A DNA stretch of 64,000 bases from a virus (lineage: Duplodnaviria > Caudoviricetes): positions 1 to 64,000 of the IMG/VR virus record IMGVR_UViG_3300029305_002995; one strand, written 5' to 3'. Of the stretch, positions 33,125 through 43,510 are shown piece by piece. Position 1 is the stretch's first letter, and the number at the start of each line of letters is the position of its first letter. Under the pieces are notes generated by a model. It made no database searches and was not told the origin of the DNA. It worked only from the letters and a program-made list of their open reading frames with translations. The translations under genes and the position numbers were made by a program.

Positions 33125-33619
33125 CTATTCATCTTCTCGACACATTGATTTATTAAGGTCTGTACCTTCAAAAATTAATTGTCTATATAAGTAGTCTGAC
33201 TGATATGCACCTTCGATATTTTGAATTAACTTCATTTCACCAATGCCATATCCAGATTGTCCATTGATTTTTTTATCAATTAGCTTAGATAAATAATCAT
33301 TACGGTTATCTGTAACCTTTGGTATATTATCCACAACCATGTGTTTTTGATGTGAAATAACCCAAATCTCAATACGAGGTTTTACAAAAGTCTGGTCTGC
33401 TTCATAGAATGAATGAGGAATTTGTACTTGAATTGTAATGAAAGTACCTGCGGTTTCTAATGTATATGGATTTTGATGGTAAGTAAAAATATGAGTATTA
33501 ATTAATTTTTCTGGTAAAGTTACGGAATCACTATCAATCGCTTGAATGATTTCTGGGTCTTTGATAAATTCTCTGACAATTCTATTTTTGGCAATACCTA
33601 TAATAGAACTATGAGACAT
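33125..33619 (-). CDS. Tail terminator-like protein
   Basis: NRNDYL..LID..ING..G.G.GEM motif; position. Confidence 0.55.
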   Translation of the reverse strand: MSHSSIIGIAKNRIVREFIKDPEIIQAIDSDSVTLPEKLINTHIFTYHQNPYTLETAGTFITIQVQIPHSFYEADQTFVKPRIEIWVISHQKHMVVDNIPKVTDNRNDYLSKLIDKKINGQSGYGIGEMKLIQNIEGAYQSDYLYRQLIFEGTDLNKSMCREDE

Positions 33620-33620
33620 A

Positions 33621-34670
33621 TTAAATTAACGACTCGATTCTAATAATCAAATTAGACGAATAATTACCATCTAAATCAGTTAAAACCAATTTAAATTCCT
33701 CATCTATATAGTTATCATTATCGATACCTATTTTAATTTGATTATCTACTTCTTGTACAATTAAATCATCTTGGAAATCACAAACAATTTCCCATTTAGG
33801 AATAATTCCTGTAATCTCTTTGCCATACTTATCATAGAATGTCGCATCAAAAACCTGTAAATCGCCACCAGATTTAATAATCTTAGAATCAAAAGATATA
33901 ACTGATTTAGCAACATACTTTTTATCAGCATTATTTGTTTTTACATCTTTTGGATAGATATAATCGCAAATTCCTAAATCAATTCTATCTGTTTCGCTAT
34001 TAATTACAGTTTGCATCAAAGTTACTTTAACTAAGCCTTTTTTGCCATAAGCATAGCTTGTCGTATCATTCTGTGTTACCACATAAGGCGTAGGGCTTAT
34101 AGGATTTTTATCTAAGAAAAATCTTTGTGGACTACTAATTAAAACTGTATTTTTATCAGCAGGTAAAGTAATCATGTGCTGTGCAGTACCAATAGCAAAC
34201 AGTTTGTTTGGCTGTTCACCAGAGTTATACTGCGTTGAATTAATATTGTGACATGGGTATTCTAAAATCTCTCCATATTTATTTTGCCATTTCAAAATCC
34301 AATTACATAAAGTAAGTTTTCCTTGCCAATGAATATTATCTATATTAAAGGACTCTGTACAAATCCAGTGTTCTTCCATTTCGGAATCGTATAGAATATC
34401 ACCAACATAAACAGGCACATCCATTAAAGTTTGGAACTGTGCAGTAGCACCATTCGCATTAGAAAAAGTCCTATGATAAATACGAATATCTAACGGTTCT
34501 TTTTCGTTATACGATTTGGTTTCTAAATCCCAAACGAATATGCCAGTAGCAAAAGAAGCATCGTCTTTAAATGTTGCTTCTAACATTCGTTTGTTGTTTT
34601 GAATATTTTCATTTCTTAATGAACCACCGCAAAGATTCATTCTTTTATTGAATTTCTCCAATGAAATCAA
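33621..34670 (-). CDS. Head-tail joining protein
   Basis: VGDI.Y, CNWILKWQ and DRIDLGICDY motifs; position. Confidence 0.55.
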   Translation of the reverse strand: MISLEKFNKRMNLCGGSLRNENIQNNKRMLEATFKDDASFATGIFVWDLETKSYNEKEPLDIRIYHRTFSNANGATAQFQTLMDVPVYVGDILYDSEMEEHWICTESFNIDNIHWQGKLTLCNWILKWQNKYGEILEYPCHNINSTQYNSGEQPNKLFAIGTAQHMITLPADKNTVLISSPQRFFLDKNPISPTPYVVTQNDTTSYAYGKKGLVKVTLMQTVINSETDRIDLGICDYIYPKDVKTNNADKKYVAKSVISFDSKIIKSGGDLQVFDATFYDKYGKEITGIIPKWEIVCDFQDDLIVQEVDNQIKIGIDNDNYIDEEFKLVLTDLDGNYSSNLIIRIESLI

Positions 34671-34697
34671 CTACGACACTTCCTTTCTACAATTTTT

Positions 34698-35171
34698 TTA
34701 ACAAAATGATTTTCTTTTTTTATAACCTGTATTCCAAGATTCACTAATTTCTCCGTTTGAAAAGCCACCCCAAGCATAACGACTAATCAGCGTTTCGTTT
34801 TCAGCTAAAAAACGAGTATGCATAGCCATTAAAGAGTTAAGAAAATTCGCAGGAGAAAAAGCATTGAAGTCTACTGAACTTAAACTTGCTTTTAATACAG
34901 AAGGAACTCTAATACAATTAGAATCGATATATTCTAAAACAGCATAATTACTTAAAATATCTATTTCTTCTATAGACAATTCTTCATTAAAACGTTCAAG
35001 TTTATCATTTCTATTATTTAAATTCTTTCTACAAACATGAAATCTTGCAATAGCTGGAACGAGATAATCATGCAACAAATCTTTTACTTCATCCACAGTC
35101 ATAATTGGAATATCATAACTTTGAAACTTCGGTAAAACATTTTCATATATTCTTTCATAAGAAGTAGGCAT
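34698..35171 (-). CDS. Head-tail adaptor protein
   Basis: T.YE.IY..., F.EELS..EI.ILS, DF..FSPAN motifs; start MPTSY after GGGGAGGTG. Confidence 0.6.
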   Translation of the reverse strand: MPTSYERIYENVLPKFQSYDIPIMTVDEVKDLLHDYLVPAIARFHVCRKNLNNRNDKLERFNEELSIEEIDILSNYAVLEYIDSNCIRVPSVLKASLSSVDFNAFSPANFLNSLMAMHTRFLAENETLISRYAWGGFSNGEISESWNTGYKKRKSFC

Positions 35172-35199
35172 GATTAACACACCTCCCCTTTTATCCTTG

Positions 35200-35769
35200 T
35201 TATTCAAGGAAGGAAAGTAAATCTAAACCAAGCTGTTTTTCTAATGTTCTAATTACATAAACATCAGAAATATCACCGTTAGCAATTAGGGTTTTAATTT
35301 TATTGTAAACAGTTAATTTCATACTGCTTGGCATTTCTTTAATAGCCGCACAAACTTTAGCTAAATTATTTTTACTGTAACTATCTTTATTCATTACAGT
35401 TTCGTATTTAGCGTATGTACCTTTTAAACCAAGCTTATCAATTACTCTTTCGTCCATCGGTTTCAACCAAAGTTCTTTAAAGTAAGTTTTATATCCTCTC
35501 CACAGATTTTTAATAACTGCAAAGGACATCACTTCTTCATCGTCAACTTTTTTCCAAGAATACATATCTCCAGTAGTGCTATCTTTATAGCTAACATTAG
35601 AAATTAAAGATTTTACAACAATTTCATCAGAATCCTCTAATGGAACAACTTTTTTAGAACTTTCCTGTTTTTCTACATTTTCTTCTTTTACACTTTCATT
35701 AGAAACAGCAGAAGTCATAACTTCATCAGAAACAACTTCTGCTGTGCTTTTAGTTTTGCCTTTAGCCAT
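35200..35769 (-). CDS. Hypothetical protein downstream of the capsid gene
   Basis: Packed ORF; start MAKGK after AAAGGCGG. Confidence 0.55.
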   Translation of the reverse strand: MAKGKTKSTAEVVSDEVMTSAVSNESVKEENVEKQESSKKVVPLEDSDEIVVKSLISNVSYKDSTTGDMYSWKKVDDEEVMSFAVIKNLWRGYKTYFKELWLKPMDERVIDKLGLKGTYAKYETVMNKDSYSKNNLAKVCAAIKEMPSSMKLTVYNKIKTLIANGDISDVYVIRTLEKQLGLDLLSFLE

Positions 35770-35818
35770 AACTAAATCCGCCTTTCTTACGCAATTCAAA
35801 CTTATAGTAAATTACAGA

Positions 35819-36853
35819 TTATGCAAATCTAAACATACCAAAGTATGCAGGTAACAGCATACCCATACCCATACAGGTCTGAATCTGAACATCTACAGAC
35901 ATATCATTATATTTCTTACCAGTAGTGTCCATATCGGAACGAGTATCACCTACAAATTCAAGTTTAATAGGTTTAGAATCGCCACCCATAACGAAAATCA
36001 TATTATCGTCTAAAGCAAGTTCAAAAGTACCAGATTTTAAGGTCTGTGGGATAATCATCAGTTTGTGACCTTCCCAATCACCAATAGAACCAGTATTAGC
36101 TTTTGCTTCTCTCTGAGAATTTGCAAACATTTTGTCTGGAATGATACCAGCAACTTTACGCAAAGCACCTCTTGTACCTGCCAGAGTCAGTTCACTATAA
36201 CCACCAGCAGCCATAACTTTATCACATAAAGCACCTAAAGCTTCTTCGTCATTACCATTAGCTACAAAGTCCTGTGGAACAGCGTCTGCAACATTCTGGA
36301 ACTGAGCATACAGTCTGTCTTGAATGAATTTGTTAACAGATTTATGGATTTTATCCATCATTTTCTCTAATGGAGTAATACCTAACAAGAAACGTTCAAG
36401 TTCTTCATATACATGGATGTAGAACCATTCTCTTGGTAAGGTAATTTCTGCGCCCATTTCAAATGCCTGTCTATTGGTGTCCCAATGGTTGCCAGCAAAA
36501 GTAGCTACAGACAGTAAACCACCTTCGGAATAGAAAGCAGATTTGTCGCCCAATGCACGATTTTTAACTTCTACGAAAGCTTCAATGAAAGCAGAATTTA
36601 ATACGTTTTCGCTAATGGAAGTATTTACGATTTCTTCCATAATTTCAAACATTACTAAGTTGTTACGTCTGAAAGCCTGATACATAGTCATGCCTTTCAG
36701 ATAGTCTTTATTGATGGTGTCACGCAGGTGTTTTTCTAAGTCTCTAACAGTCAGTTTTTCTTCATCGATGTGACGAGAATATTCACCTCTTGCTAAATCC
36801 AGAGTTAAGTCGTAAACCTGCATATCATTTGCACTAAAATTAGTAATAGCCAT
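35819..36853 (-). CDS. Major capsid protein
   Basis: 344 aa, strong codon bias, FEIMEE, VYEELERFLLG motifs; follows protease and decoration genes. Confidence 0.8.
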   Translation of the reverse strand: MAITNFSANDMQVYDLTLDLARGEYSRHIDEEKLTVRDLEKHLRDTINKDYLKGMTMYQAFRRNNLVMFEIMEEIVNTSISENVLNSAFIEAFVEVKNRALGDKSAFYSEGGLLSVATFAGNHWDTNRQAFEMGAEITLPREWFYIHVYEELERFLLGITPLEKMMDKIHKSVNKFIQDRLYAQFQNVADAVPQDFVANGNDEEALGALCDKVMAAGGYSELTLAGTRGALRKVAGIIPDKMFANSQREAKANTGSIGDWEGHKLMIIPQTLKSGTFELALDDNMIFVMGGDSKPIKLEFVGDTRSDMDTTGKKYNDMSVDVQIQTCMGMGMLLPAYFGMFRFA

Positions 36854-36872
36854 AACTTTTACCTCCTATCTC

Positions 36873-37439
36873 TTATTTAGCCAAAGAATTAACTTTTACT
36901 TCGTAAATTTCTTTCTGAGAACCGTAAACGTGAGCTTTAGTAACCAAAGAATTGCTTACCATACGTTTTCTCATAATCTGAGCAGACATAACAGCTCCTT
37001 CGGTTTCAGAAGTAGAAGCAACTAATTTACCAGAAGCGTCAATAGTTGCATATACTGGGGTTGCAGTAAAGTCAGCAGTACCAGTAACAGTTTCACGAGA
37101 ATCAGCAGTAAAACCTTCGATAGCAGTACCAAATTCATCAGTTACTTTCATAACATATGCTCTAAATGGTACACCAGCTTCAATAATAAAAATATCTCTA
37201 CGCTGATTGGTAATGCGGCAGGTATCATAATCCCATGCAGGATTGTTAGCAACAACAACTTCTGCACCTTCTTTAGTACCTTTTACAAATTTATAGATGT
37301 TAGATTCACCTTCTGCTAAACCTTCTAAGTAGCCGAAAGTGCCATTCTCAACAGGTTCTTCGCATACAGCATCAAAAATACGTTCTGCAAAATGAACACT
37401 TCTCATATTCACAGACTCAAACACATTGTAAATAGCCAT
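36873..37439 (-). CDS. Head decoration/capsid-associated protein
   Basis: VENG..G.L, F.IEAG.PFRAY motifs; between scaffold and capsid. Confidence 0.6.
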   Translation of the reverse strand: MAIYNVFESVNMRSVHFAERIFDAVCEEPVENGTFGYLEGLAEGESNIYKFVKGTKEGAEVVVANNPAWDYDTCRITNQRRDIFIIEAGVPFRAYVMKVTDEFGTAIEGFTADSRETVTGTADFTATPVYATIDASGKLVASTSETEGAVMSAQIMRKRMVSNSLVTKAHVYGSQKEIYEVKVNSLAK

Positions 37440-37514
37440 GTTGTTTTCCTCCTTAAAAAATCACATAAAAAAAGACCGCCTAAAGCAGTCAATGTAGTAT
37501 TTAAAATTTATCTT

Positions 37515-39077
37515 TTATTTACTTTTTCTGATATTACCGTATTTGGTCTGAACAAACATATCGCCATTGTCAATATTTTCATCCATAATTCCAAGTACAC
37601 CAGAATTGTTCTGTCTACTAAAATTGGTTTTATGTACTCTATTTTCTTTTACATAAAGCAGAGCGCATTTATTCTCAATTTCTTCAACAGACATTTCAGC
37701 TTTGTTAGCTTTAATAGCGGCAAATTCTTCGTTATTACCTAAATCTAAAGCATAATCAGAAATAATAGCATCTTTACGAGCATTTAATTCAATTTCAGCT
37801 TTTTCTTCTTCTGCTTTAACATAAGCATCATATTTAGGTTTCATTTCTTCAAAATCTGCTTTCACAGTTGCGTAATTAGTCTGTGCTGTTTCCAATTCAT
37901 TTCTAACACCTTCAAGTTCGCCTTGAATTGTTGCATAATTAGTTTCAGCAGTAACCTTTTCTTCTTCTGCGGTAGAGAGTTTTGCATTTACTTCATCTAC
38001 TTTTTCAAAAGCTAACTGTTCAATTTCAGCAATGTGCTTACCGAAATCAAAACTACCTTCTGGAACTTCTGTTCCTTCTTCGTAGTTTACATACTGGATT
38101 TTCTTTCTATTGCCATTAGTAAAGTCAATTTCGGGTTTATCGCCATTGATAGTGAATGGGAAACCATAATGACAGTAATTGTTCTTTCTGTCTACAACAA
38201 TCACTTCGTCATCTTGAATATCCTGCAAATAGAAGCGAGGACAAGTGCCACAACCCCACGCACTTTCCATAACTTCTTGCTGACTCACTAAATTGGAAAT
38301 ATCAGAGAAAAGTTCCATAACAGTCTGTCCAAAGTCTGTAGCTGGCATGATTCCAATACCTCCTTGATTAGATTTTTCATTCACCATCTTGGTGAAAAGA
38401 TTTAAGTTTTCACACAATTCATTTTGCATTTCTTTTACAAAATCTGTCATTGTGAATTGAACTTCAACAGTAGAGTTCATCATAGCTGGTTCATAAGATT
38501 CTCCAAGAATACAAGCAGCTCTAAAAGAAAATCGTGTAAAATGGAATATACCATCTTCATCTTCATAACCGTCATAATCTTCTAAGTCTTTGTCTTGTAA
38601 TTCCATAGAATGATTTTTGATTATATCTCTATCCATAATAGAAGAACTATCTTCAAACATTCTCCACATTAAACCATCTACAACTAAAAATGTACGTTCA
38701 ACTCCATCGTCACATACACGTTGTTCGTAATGAGCATTATTATCTGCGGAACTCATTACAACACCGTATGCTGAACCAACATATTTTTTATAAACGCCAT
38801 TTTCATTTTTTGACAAAATATAATGATGGTCTGAAAAATCTTTCTCACCTAACGAGTCAGCTTTAATAAAGCCCACAATAGGAATATAGCCAAGTGTAGG
38901 AATTGCTTCATCTACAACTTCTTTTTCAAATACACTACCATTAAAATTCTGCCCAAGGTGCATCAACCACACCTTAACTTTAATAAATCTTTTATCTTCA
39001 ACTGCATATTCTTCTGATGTTTTTTCAAACATAACAGGGTAAGATAATGCAGATTTTTTAATTTTAACATCTGACAT
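37515..39077 (-). CDS. Prohead protease / scaffold
   Basis: HLGQNFNGS.F, HSMEL, CILG..YEPAM; acidic coiled-coil C-terminus. Confidence 0.75.
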   Translation of the reverse strand: MSDVKIKKSALSYPVMFEKTSEEYAVEDKRFIKVKVWLMHLGQNFNGSVFEKEVVDEAIPTLGYIPIVGFIKADSLGEKDFSDHHYILSKNENGVYKKYVGSAYGVVMSSADNNAHYEQRVCDDGVERTFLVVDGLMWRMFEDSSSIMDRDIIKNHSMELQDKDLEDYDGYEDEDGIFHFTRFSFRAACILGESYEPAMMNSTVEVQFTMTDFVKEMQNELCENLNLFTKMVNEKSNQGGIGIMPATDFGQTVMELFSDISNLVSQQEVMESAWGCGTCPRFYLQDIQDDEVIVVDRKNNYCHYGFPFTINGDKPEIDFTNGNRKKIQYVNYEEGTEVPEGSFDFGKHIAEIEQLAFEKVDEVNAKLSTAEEEKVTAETNYATIQGELEGVRNELETAQTNYATVKADFEEMKPKYDAYVKAEEEKAEIELNARKDAIISDYALDLGNNEEFAAIKANKAEMSVEEIENKCALLYVKENRVHKTNFSRQNNSGVLGIMDENIDNGDMFVQTKYGNIRKSK

Positions 39078-39088
39078 TGTTATCACCC

Positions 39089-40648
39089 CTATCTGTCATT
39101 CTTTTCATTATCAGCAGTCTTTTGACCTTCTTCTGATAGAGTTTTGCCCTTGTCAGCATTTGTTGGTCTACCAGACTCACTACTGGTTGTTTCGACTGTG
39201 TTTCCGTTATATGAAGATGATAATGGAATGAAATTATTATGATAATCGAATACATCTTTATGAAGAATATAAGAACCTAATACACATGAAGGAGTCATAT
39301 CTAAAGTGGCAAGCCATTTATCAATAACTGTTGCCCCTAATGTGCAAGCTTCTTTATATCGTTTTGACACCGTATCTCTATTGAAAATAGTGGTATCTAA
39401 TAAATAGAATCTGAACTTATATCCTGTTTTATTAAATCTTCTTAGCTTAATATATCTGTTTGCCCAACGTTCTAATTGTCTGTAAACAAAATATATGAAA
39501 CCAGAATCGTTCTCTACAGAAAATGTTACCGCAGTACCAGAAGATGAACCATTAAAATACTCCTTTGTTGCACCAGAAGAATTGTAAATTTCATCTATTG
39601 CGTCCGAAACATTATTACGAGTATTAGTAGAATCTTTAAAGCTAACAGCTTCACCATCAGCACCTAAAGTATGAATGATACCAATGTCGTCACTCATAGC
39701 TTCTCGGTTAATGTGAGCAAAAGCTAATAATGTTTTTGGAGTCAGCAAAGGTTTATCGATTGTAGTTTCATCAATAGGAACTTTAATCATAATCGCTTTA
39801 TAGTTATCTGTTCTGGCAGACTGCAATTTTAATTTTTTATAAGTATCTAAGTCAAAAATATCTCTAATTAACCCGATAAGAATTGGGTAAGGATAAATCC
39901 ATTGACTATTCATTTTTACACAAATTTGTTTATCTGCTGGTGGTAAATACCATCGTTGTCCTTTGTTTTCACAATAATCCATATATGCTTTTTGAACATA
40001 ATCTGGATAAGCAGTTAATTGTTTTGGACTAATTGCAGGTAAATTGATTTTAAAGTTATACAATCCATCTTGAACTTGATATAACTCACATACTTGCAAA
40101 TCCAATTTCTGAATAAAGAAATCAGAACTGCTTTCTACAACTAAGCCACAATATATATCTTGATATGGTAAATAACGTAAAATCTTAGCAAATTCATGTT
40201 TAAGATTCATATTTTCAAATCGTGCTGCTAATGTAGTATAAGACTTTTTAATTGTTTCAGCGTTAACATTTTCTTTTACATCGAATAAATCAATACCCCA
40301 TTGGAATAAACCCATATTGGCATATAACATATTTAATCTATAGTAATGCGGTGACACCCTCATAAGATATTCAGAAGCCCTTAACAAAACACGCCATCCT
40401 ATTTTGGGATTAGCTAAAGCACTATAAACATCTTCAATTTTAATTTCTCCCAAACAACCTGTATCTAATACATTCGTATTGGTACAAATATCTGAAACCA
40501 TCAAACGTCTAAAAGTAGTTAAATCTACTTCTTCATTATTTTTTATAGCATTATTAAAAACATTTTCATCTTTTTCAAAATCTGATTTTGTATAGATAGG
40601 AATATATTTTACTTTCTTCTCTTTAGAAAGTTTTACTTTTGTAGCCAT
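39089..40648 (-). CDS. Portal protein
   Basis: 519 aa between TerL and protease; C-terminal P..SSY...GRP. Confidence 0.75.
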   Translation of the reverse strand: MATKVKLSKEKKVKYIPIYTKSDFEKDENVFNNAIKNNEEVDLTTFRRLMVSDICTNTNVLDTGCLGEIKIEDVYSALANPKIGWRVLLRASEYLMRVSPHYYRLNMLYANMGLFQWGIDLFDVKENVNAETIKKSYTTLAARFENMNLKHEFAKILRYLPYQDIYCGLVVESSSDFFIQKLDLQVCELYQVQDGLYNFKINLPAISPKQLTAYPDYVQKAYMDYCENKGQRWYLPPADKQICVKMNSQWIYPYPILIGLIRDIFDLDTYKKLKLQSARTDNYKAIMIKVPIDETTIDKPLLTPKTLLAFAHINREAMSDDIGIIHTLGADGEAVSFKDSTNTRNNVSDAIDEIYNSSGATKEYFNGSSSGTAVTFSVENDSGFIYFVYRQLERWANRYIKLRRFNKTGYKFRFYLLDTTIFNRDTVSKRYKEACTLGATVIDKWLATLDMTPSCVLGSYILHKDVFDYHNNFIPLSSSYNGNTVETTSSESGRPTNADKGKTLSEEGQKTADNEKNDR

Positions 40649-40674
40649 TTTTCATCCTCACCCCCTATCTGTTC

Positions 40675-42456
40675 TTAGTACATATTCGGTCTTTTATTAA
40701 TTTTTCTAAACTGATTCACATAATCATTTATATCAAAATCGGTTTTAGGTTTACGCAATAATTCTCTTTCCAATTGACACTGAACCCAATAATTGTAAGC
40801 TAAAGAACTATATCTGTCTTTTCGCATCCCACTTTTTTCAGTGACTTTTACATTCGTACCTTTAATTTCATGTTCAAGACTAATTAATTCATATACCAAC
40901 AATGTAGTTTGAATGAATGGTAATTTATACTGAACCTGTTCGAATGGCATCATTTTACTAAAACCTTTAATCTTTTCTTTTAATATTTCTTCTGCTTCAA
41001 ATTCAGAAACTAAAAGATTGATTTTTCCATTTTGAAAACCTGTTCTAAGTAAAATACACGCTTCGGTATTAAATGTAGCATTAGCCTTAATAGACCAAAT
41101 CACTTGTGGCGCATTTGGCACTTTACAACGTTCAGCCATAACTTTGTCATTACGGCAAGATAAAGCTGGATATACTTCACCTGTTTCTGGGTCAAACATA
41201 TCTTGCATGATAGCATCAGCTACGCCAAGACCAATACCATTCGTATCTAAAACAAGGTCTGTACATTTATATCGTTTATATAATCTGCGAACAATTAATG
41301 CCAATTCTTCTGTTCTTAAACCTTCGAAGTTTTCTAAGTACACAATATTAGAAACATAGCTATCATTATTGGTGGGAATTGCACTATTAATAATAATAGA
41401 ACTTGCGTCATTTTTATTTTTCTTAGAAGCCATAAGCGCAATATCGACCGATAATATACGCCTTTCATTGGTTACTAACTCTGGTATTCTAATACCTTTA
41501 TCTATATCTATTAATGCTGGTGGATAAAATGGTGTTTTTAATTTTCTTCTTTGCGATATATCGTCAAATGAGAAGAAAGCACCATCAGTATCACCATAAA
41601 ATAGACAACCCATTTCAACAGTCCAAGTAACTTCATCAAAGTCATCTTCTGACATTTCATCTTCTACTTGTTCTCTTGAAAGTAATTTTTCAAATACTGA
41701 AATTTGATAAGGTAAACCGCAGATAAAATATTTCTTTGAATCATCTAAGAAATTCACTGTATATGCTTTAGCCTTGTCAAATGACCAGTGCGATTTAAGC
41801 CATGCAGAACTCATATAGATTTCTTTATTTCGTTCTGTTAAATGTTGATATTCTGGTTTACTTAAATACATAGGCTGACGTGGAGCAGTTAAATATTTTC
41901 TAAGTACCGTATCAATAATCTTTTTATCTACCATACGATACTCGTCACATACTAAAACATTTCCTCTAAAACCACGACCTGTATCTGATGCAGTAACTAC
42001 TTTAATCCAAGAACCGTTTTTAAACGCAACGACAGCTTTATTAAGACCTACAGAAGTTTCTTTCATATCTATTTCACGTTTAAGATTTTCTGAACCCCAT
42101 CCGTAGTTCTTAATTAAATCTTCCATAATTTTTTGAAGAACTTCATTGCCTTGTGTTCGAGTTGCTGATGCAACTACAATTTTAGTCTTAGGATATAGAA
42201 TACATCGAACTACACAAAATACCGCAGTTAGATATGTCTTTCCTTGACCCCTTGCGGCAAGATACATTATGTAGTTGTTATGCATCATTGCAAAAATAAG
42301 AATCTTTTGAAATAGTCTTAAATTTATATTTAAATAATCCTTACAAAAACGATGTGGATTTTCTCTGTAAAAACCACACCATTTAGCAACACCTTGTAAA
42401 ATCTTTTGAGATTTTTCTAAAGCAATTTCTTTTTCTGACTTCTTAGGTTTAGCCAT
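40675..42456 (-). CDS. terL: Terminase large subunit
   Basis: Walker A ARGQGKT, Walker B VLVCDE, nuclease SVDIA, LDTNGIG and RKDRYSS. Confidence 0.92.
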   Translation of the reverse strand: MAKPKKSEKEIALEKSQKILQGVAKWCGFYRENPHRFCKDYLNINLRLFQKILIFAMMHNNYIMYLAARGQGKTYLTAVFCVVRCILYPKTKIVVASATRTQGNEVLQKIMEDLIKNYGWGSENLKREIDMKETSVGLNKAVVAFKNGSWIKVVTASDTGRGFRGNVLVCDEYRMVDKKIIDTVLRKYLTAPRQPMYLSKPEYQHLTERNKEIYMSSAWLKSHWSFDKAKAYTVNFLDDSKKYFICGLPYQISVFEKLLSREQVEDEMSEDDFDEVTWTVEMGCLFYGDTDGAFFSFDDISQRRKLKTPFYPPALIDIDKGIRIPELVTNERRILSVDIALMASKKNKNDASSIIINSAIPTNNDSYVSNIVYLENFEGLRTEELALIVRRLYKRYKCTDLVLDTNGIGLGVADAIMQDMFDPETGEVYPALSCRNDKVMAERCKVPNAPQVIWSIKANATFNTEACILLRTGFQNGKINLLVSEFEAEEILKEKIKGFSKMMPFEQVQYKLPFIQTTLLVYELISLEHEIKGTNVKVTEKSGMRKDRYSSLAYNYWVQCQLERELLRKPKTDFDINDYVNQFRKINKRPNMY

Positions 42457-43468
42457 CTAAATCACCTCCAAACAAAGCGTCAAACAATGCTTCTGAATCA
42501 CCATCTTCTGCTTCGTATTCTGGTTTAGTAACAGAATATTTAGCCATGAAATCATCGTAAGCTTTACATGGTGCATTTTTAATACCCATCATTTTAGATA
42601 AATGACCCTTAAAGAATATATTGATATATTTACCAATACGGTCAACATCCTTAAAATCATCATCCATTTCTGGAATTGGCTCAGTATTTTCCCATTTGTC
42701 AATCAAAGTACCAAAAGTCTGTGTATCAGAAATTGTTTCACCTTTATTTTGTTTAGGTTGCAACTTAGCTGCTTCAAGTTGTTTTAGATAGGTGTGGTTT
42801 AAGTCTTTAGTATCTTCTCCTGCTCTATCAGCTTTTAATAAATCTAACTGAGTACGACAAAGACGTTTAAAAATTTCTTCTTGTGATTTTGTTTCACATT
42901 CATGTCGTGCAATCCAATCTTGGTATTGAGAATAAAGATAAGTATAATCTTCATTACTAAAACCTTTACCAAACATTTTAATTGCCGCTTTTATTTCATC
43001 ATTATGTTTTTTATCATTATCAGTAACAATCAAAAAGTCCTTAGTGTCATCTTTTGATAAACGTTCCATAATTGTGTCATCGTATCTTTTTTCCATATAG
43101 GGATTGATAGCAGTTCGCTTTAGATACGAAGCAATTACAGAACCATTAGCACTATAAGAAGCATCTTCAATAGCTAAATCAAATACTACTTCTGTAAAAT
43201 ATACATCTAATAGCATACACATATGCTCTACAGCCATACGTTTAGGATTTACTGATTCCAATTTTTCATATTGTTTACAAAAATCGTTATATAATTTTTC
43301 AATACATTTTTTACAATAAGGCAGCTTGCCTTTCGCTTTGAATAGTTTACTGCTCGATGAAGTAAAGTCTTTAGTAGTCAAAGCTTTACCACAATGTACA
43401 CAGCACACAACATCCTTGGTGACAAGTGCCTTTTCTGACCTTGGATAAGCCATTGGGAACACCGCCAT
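42449..43468 (-). CDS. Putative terminase small subunit / Zn-binding protein
   Basis: N-terminal CxxC...CKKC; overlaps the terL start. Confidence 0.55.
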   Translation of the reverse strand: MAVFPMAYPRSEKALVTKDVVCCVHCGKALTTKDFTSSSSKLFKAKGKLPYCKKCIEKLYNDFCKQYEKLESVNPKRMAVEHMCMLLDVYFTEVVFDLAIEDASYSANGSVIASYLKRTAINPYMEKRYDDTIMERLSKDDTKDFLIVTDNDKKHNDEIKAAIKMFGKGFSNEDYTYLYSQYQDWIARHECETKSQEEIFKRLCRTQLDLLKADRAGEDTKDLNHTYLKQLEAAKLQPKQNKGETISDTQTFGTLIDKWENTEPIPEMDDDFKDVDRIGKYINIFFKGHLSKMMGIKNAPCKAYDDFMAKYSVTKPEYEAEDGDSEALFDALFGGDLDG

Positions 43469-43510
43469 TTCTTTACAATAAAAAAAAGACGCTGCAAAAC
43501 GTCTAACAAA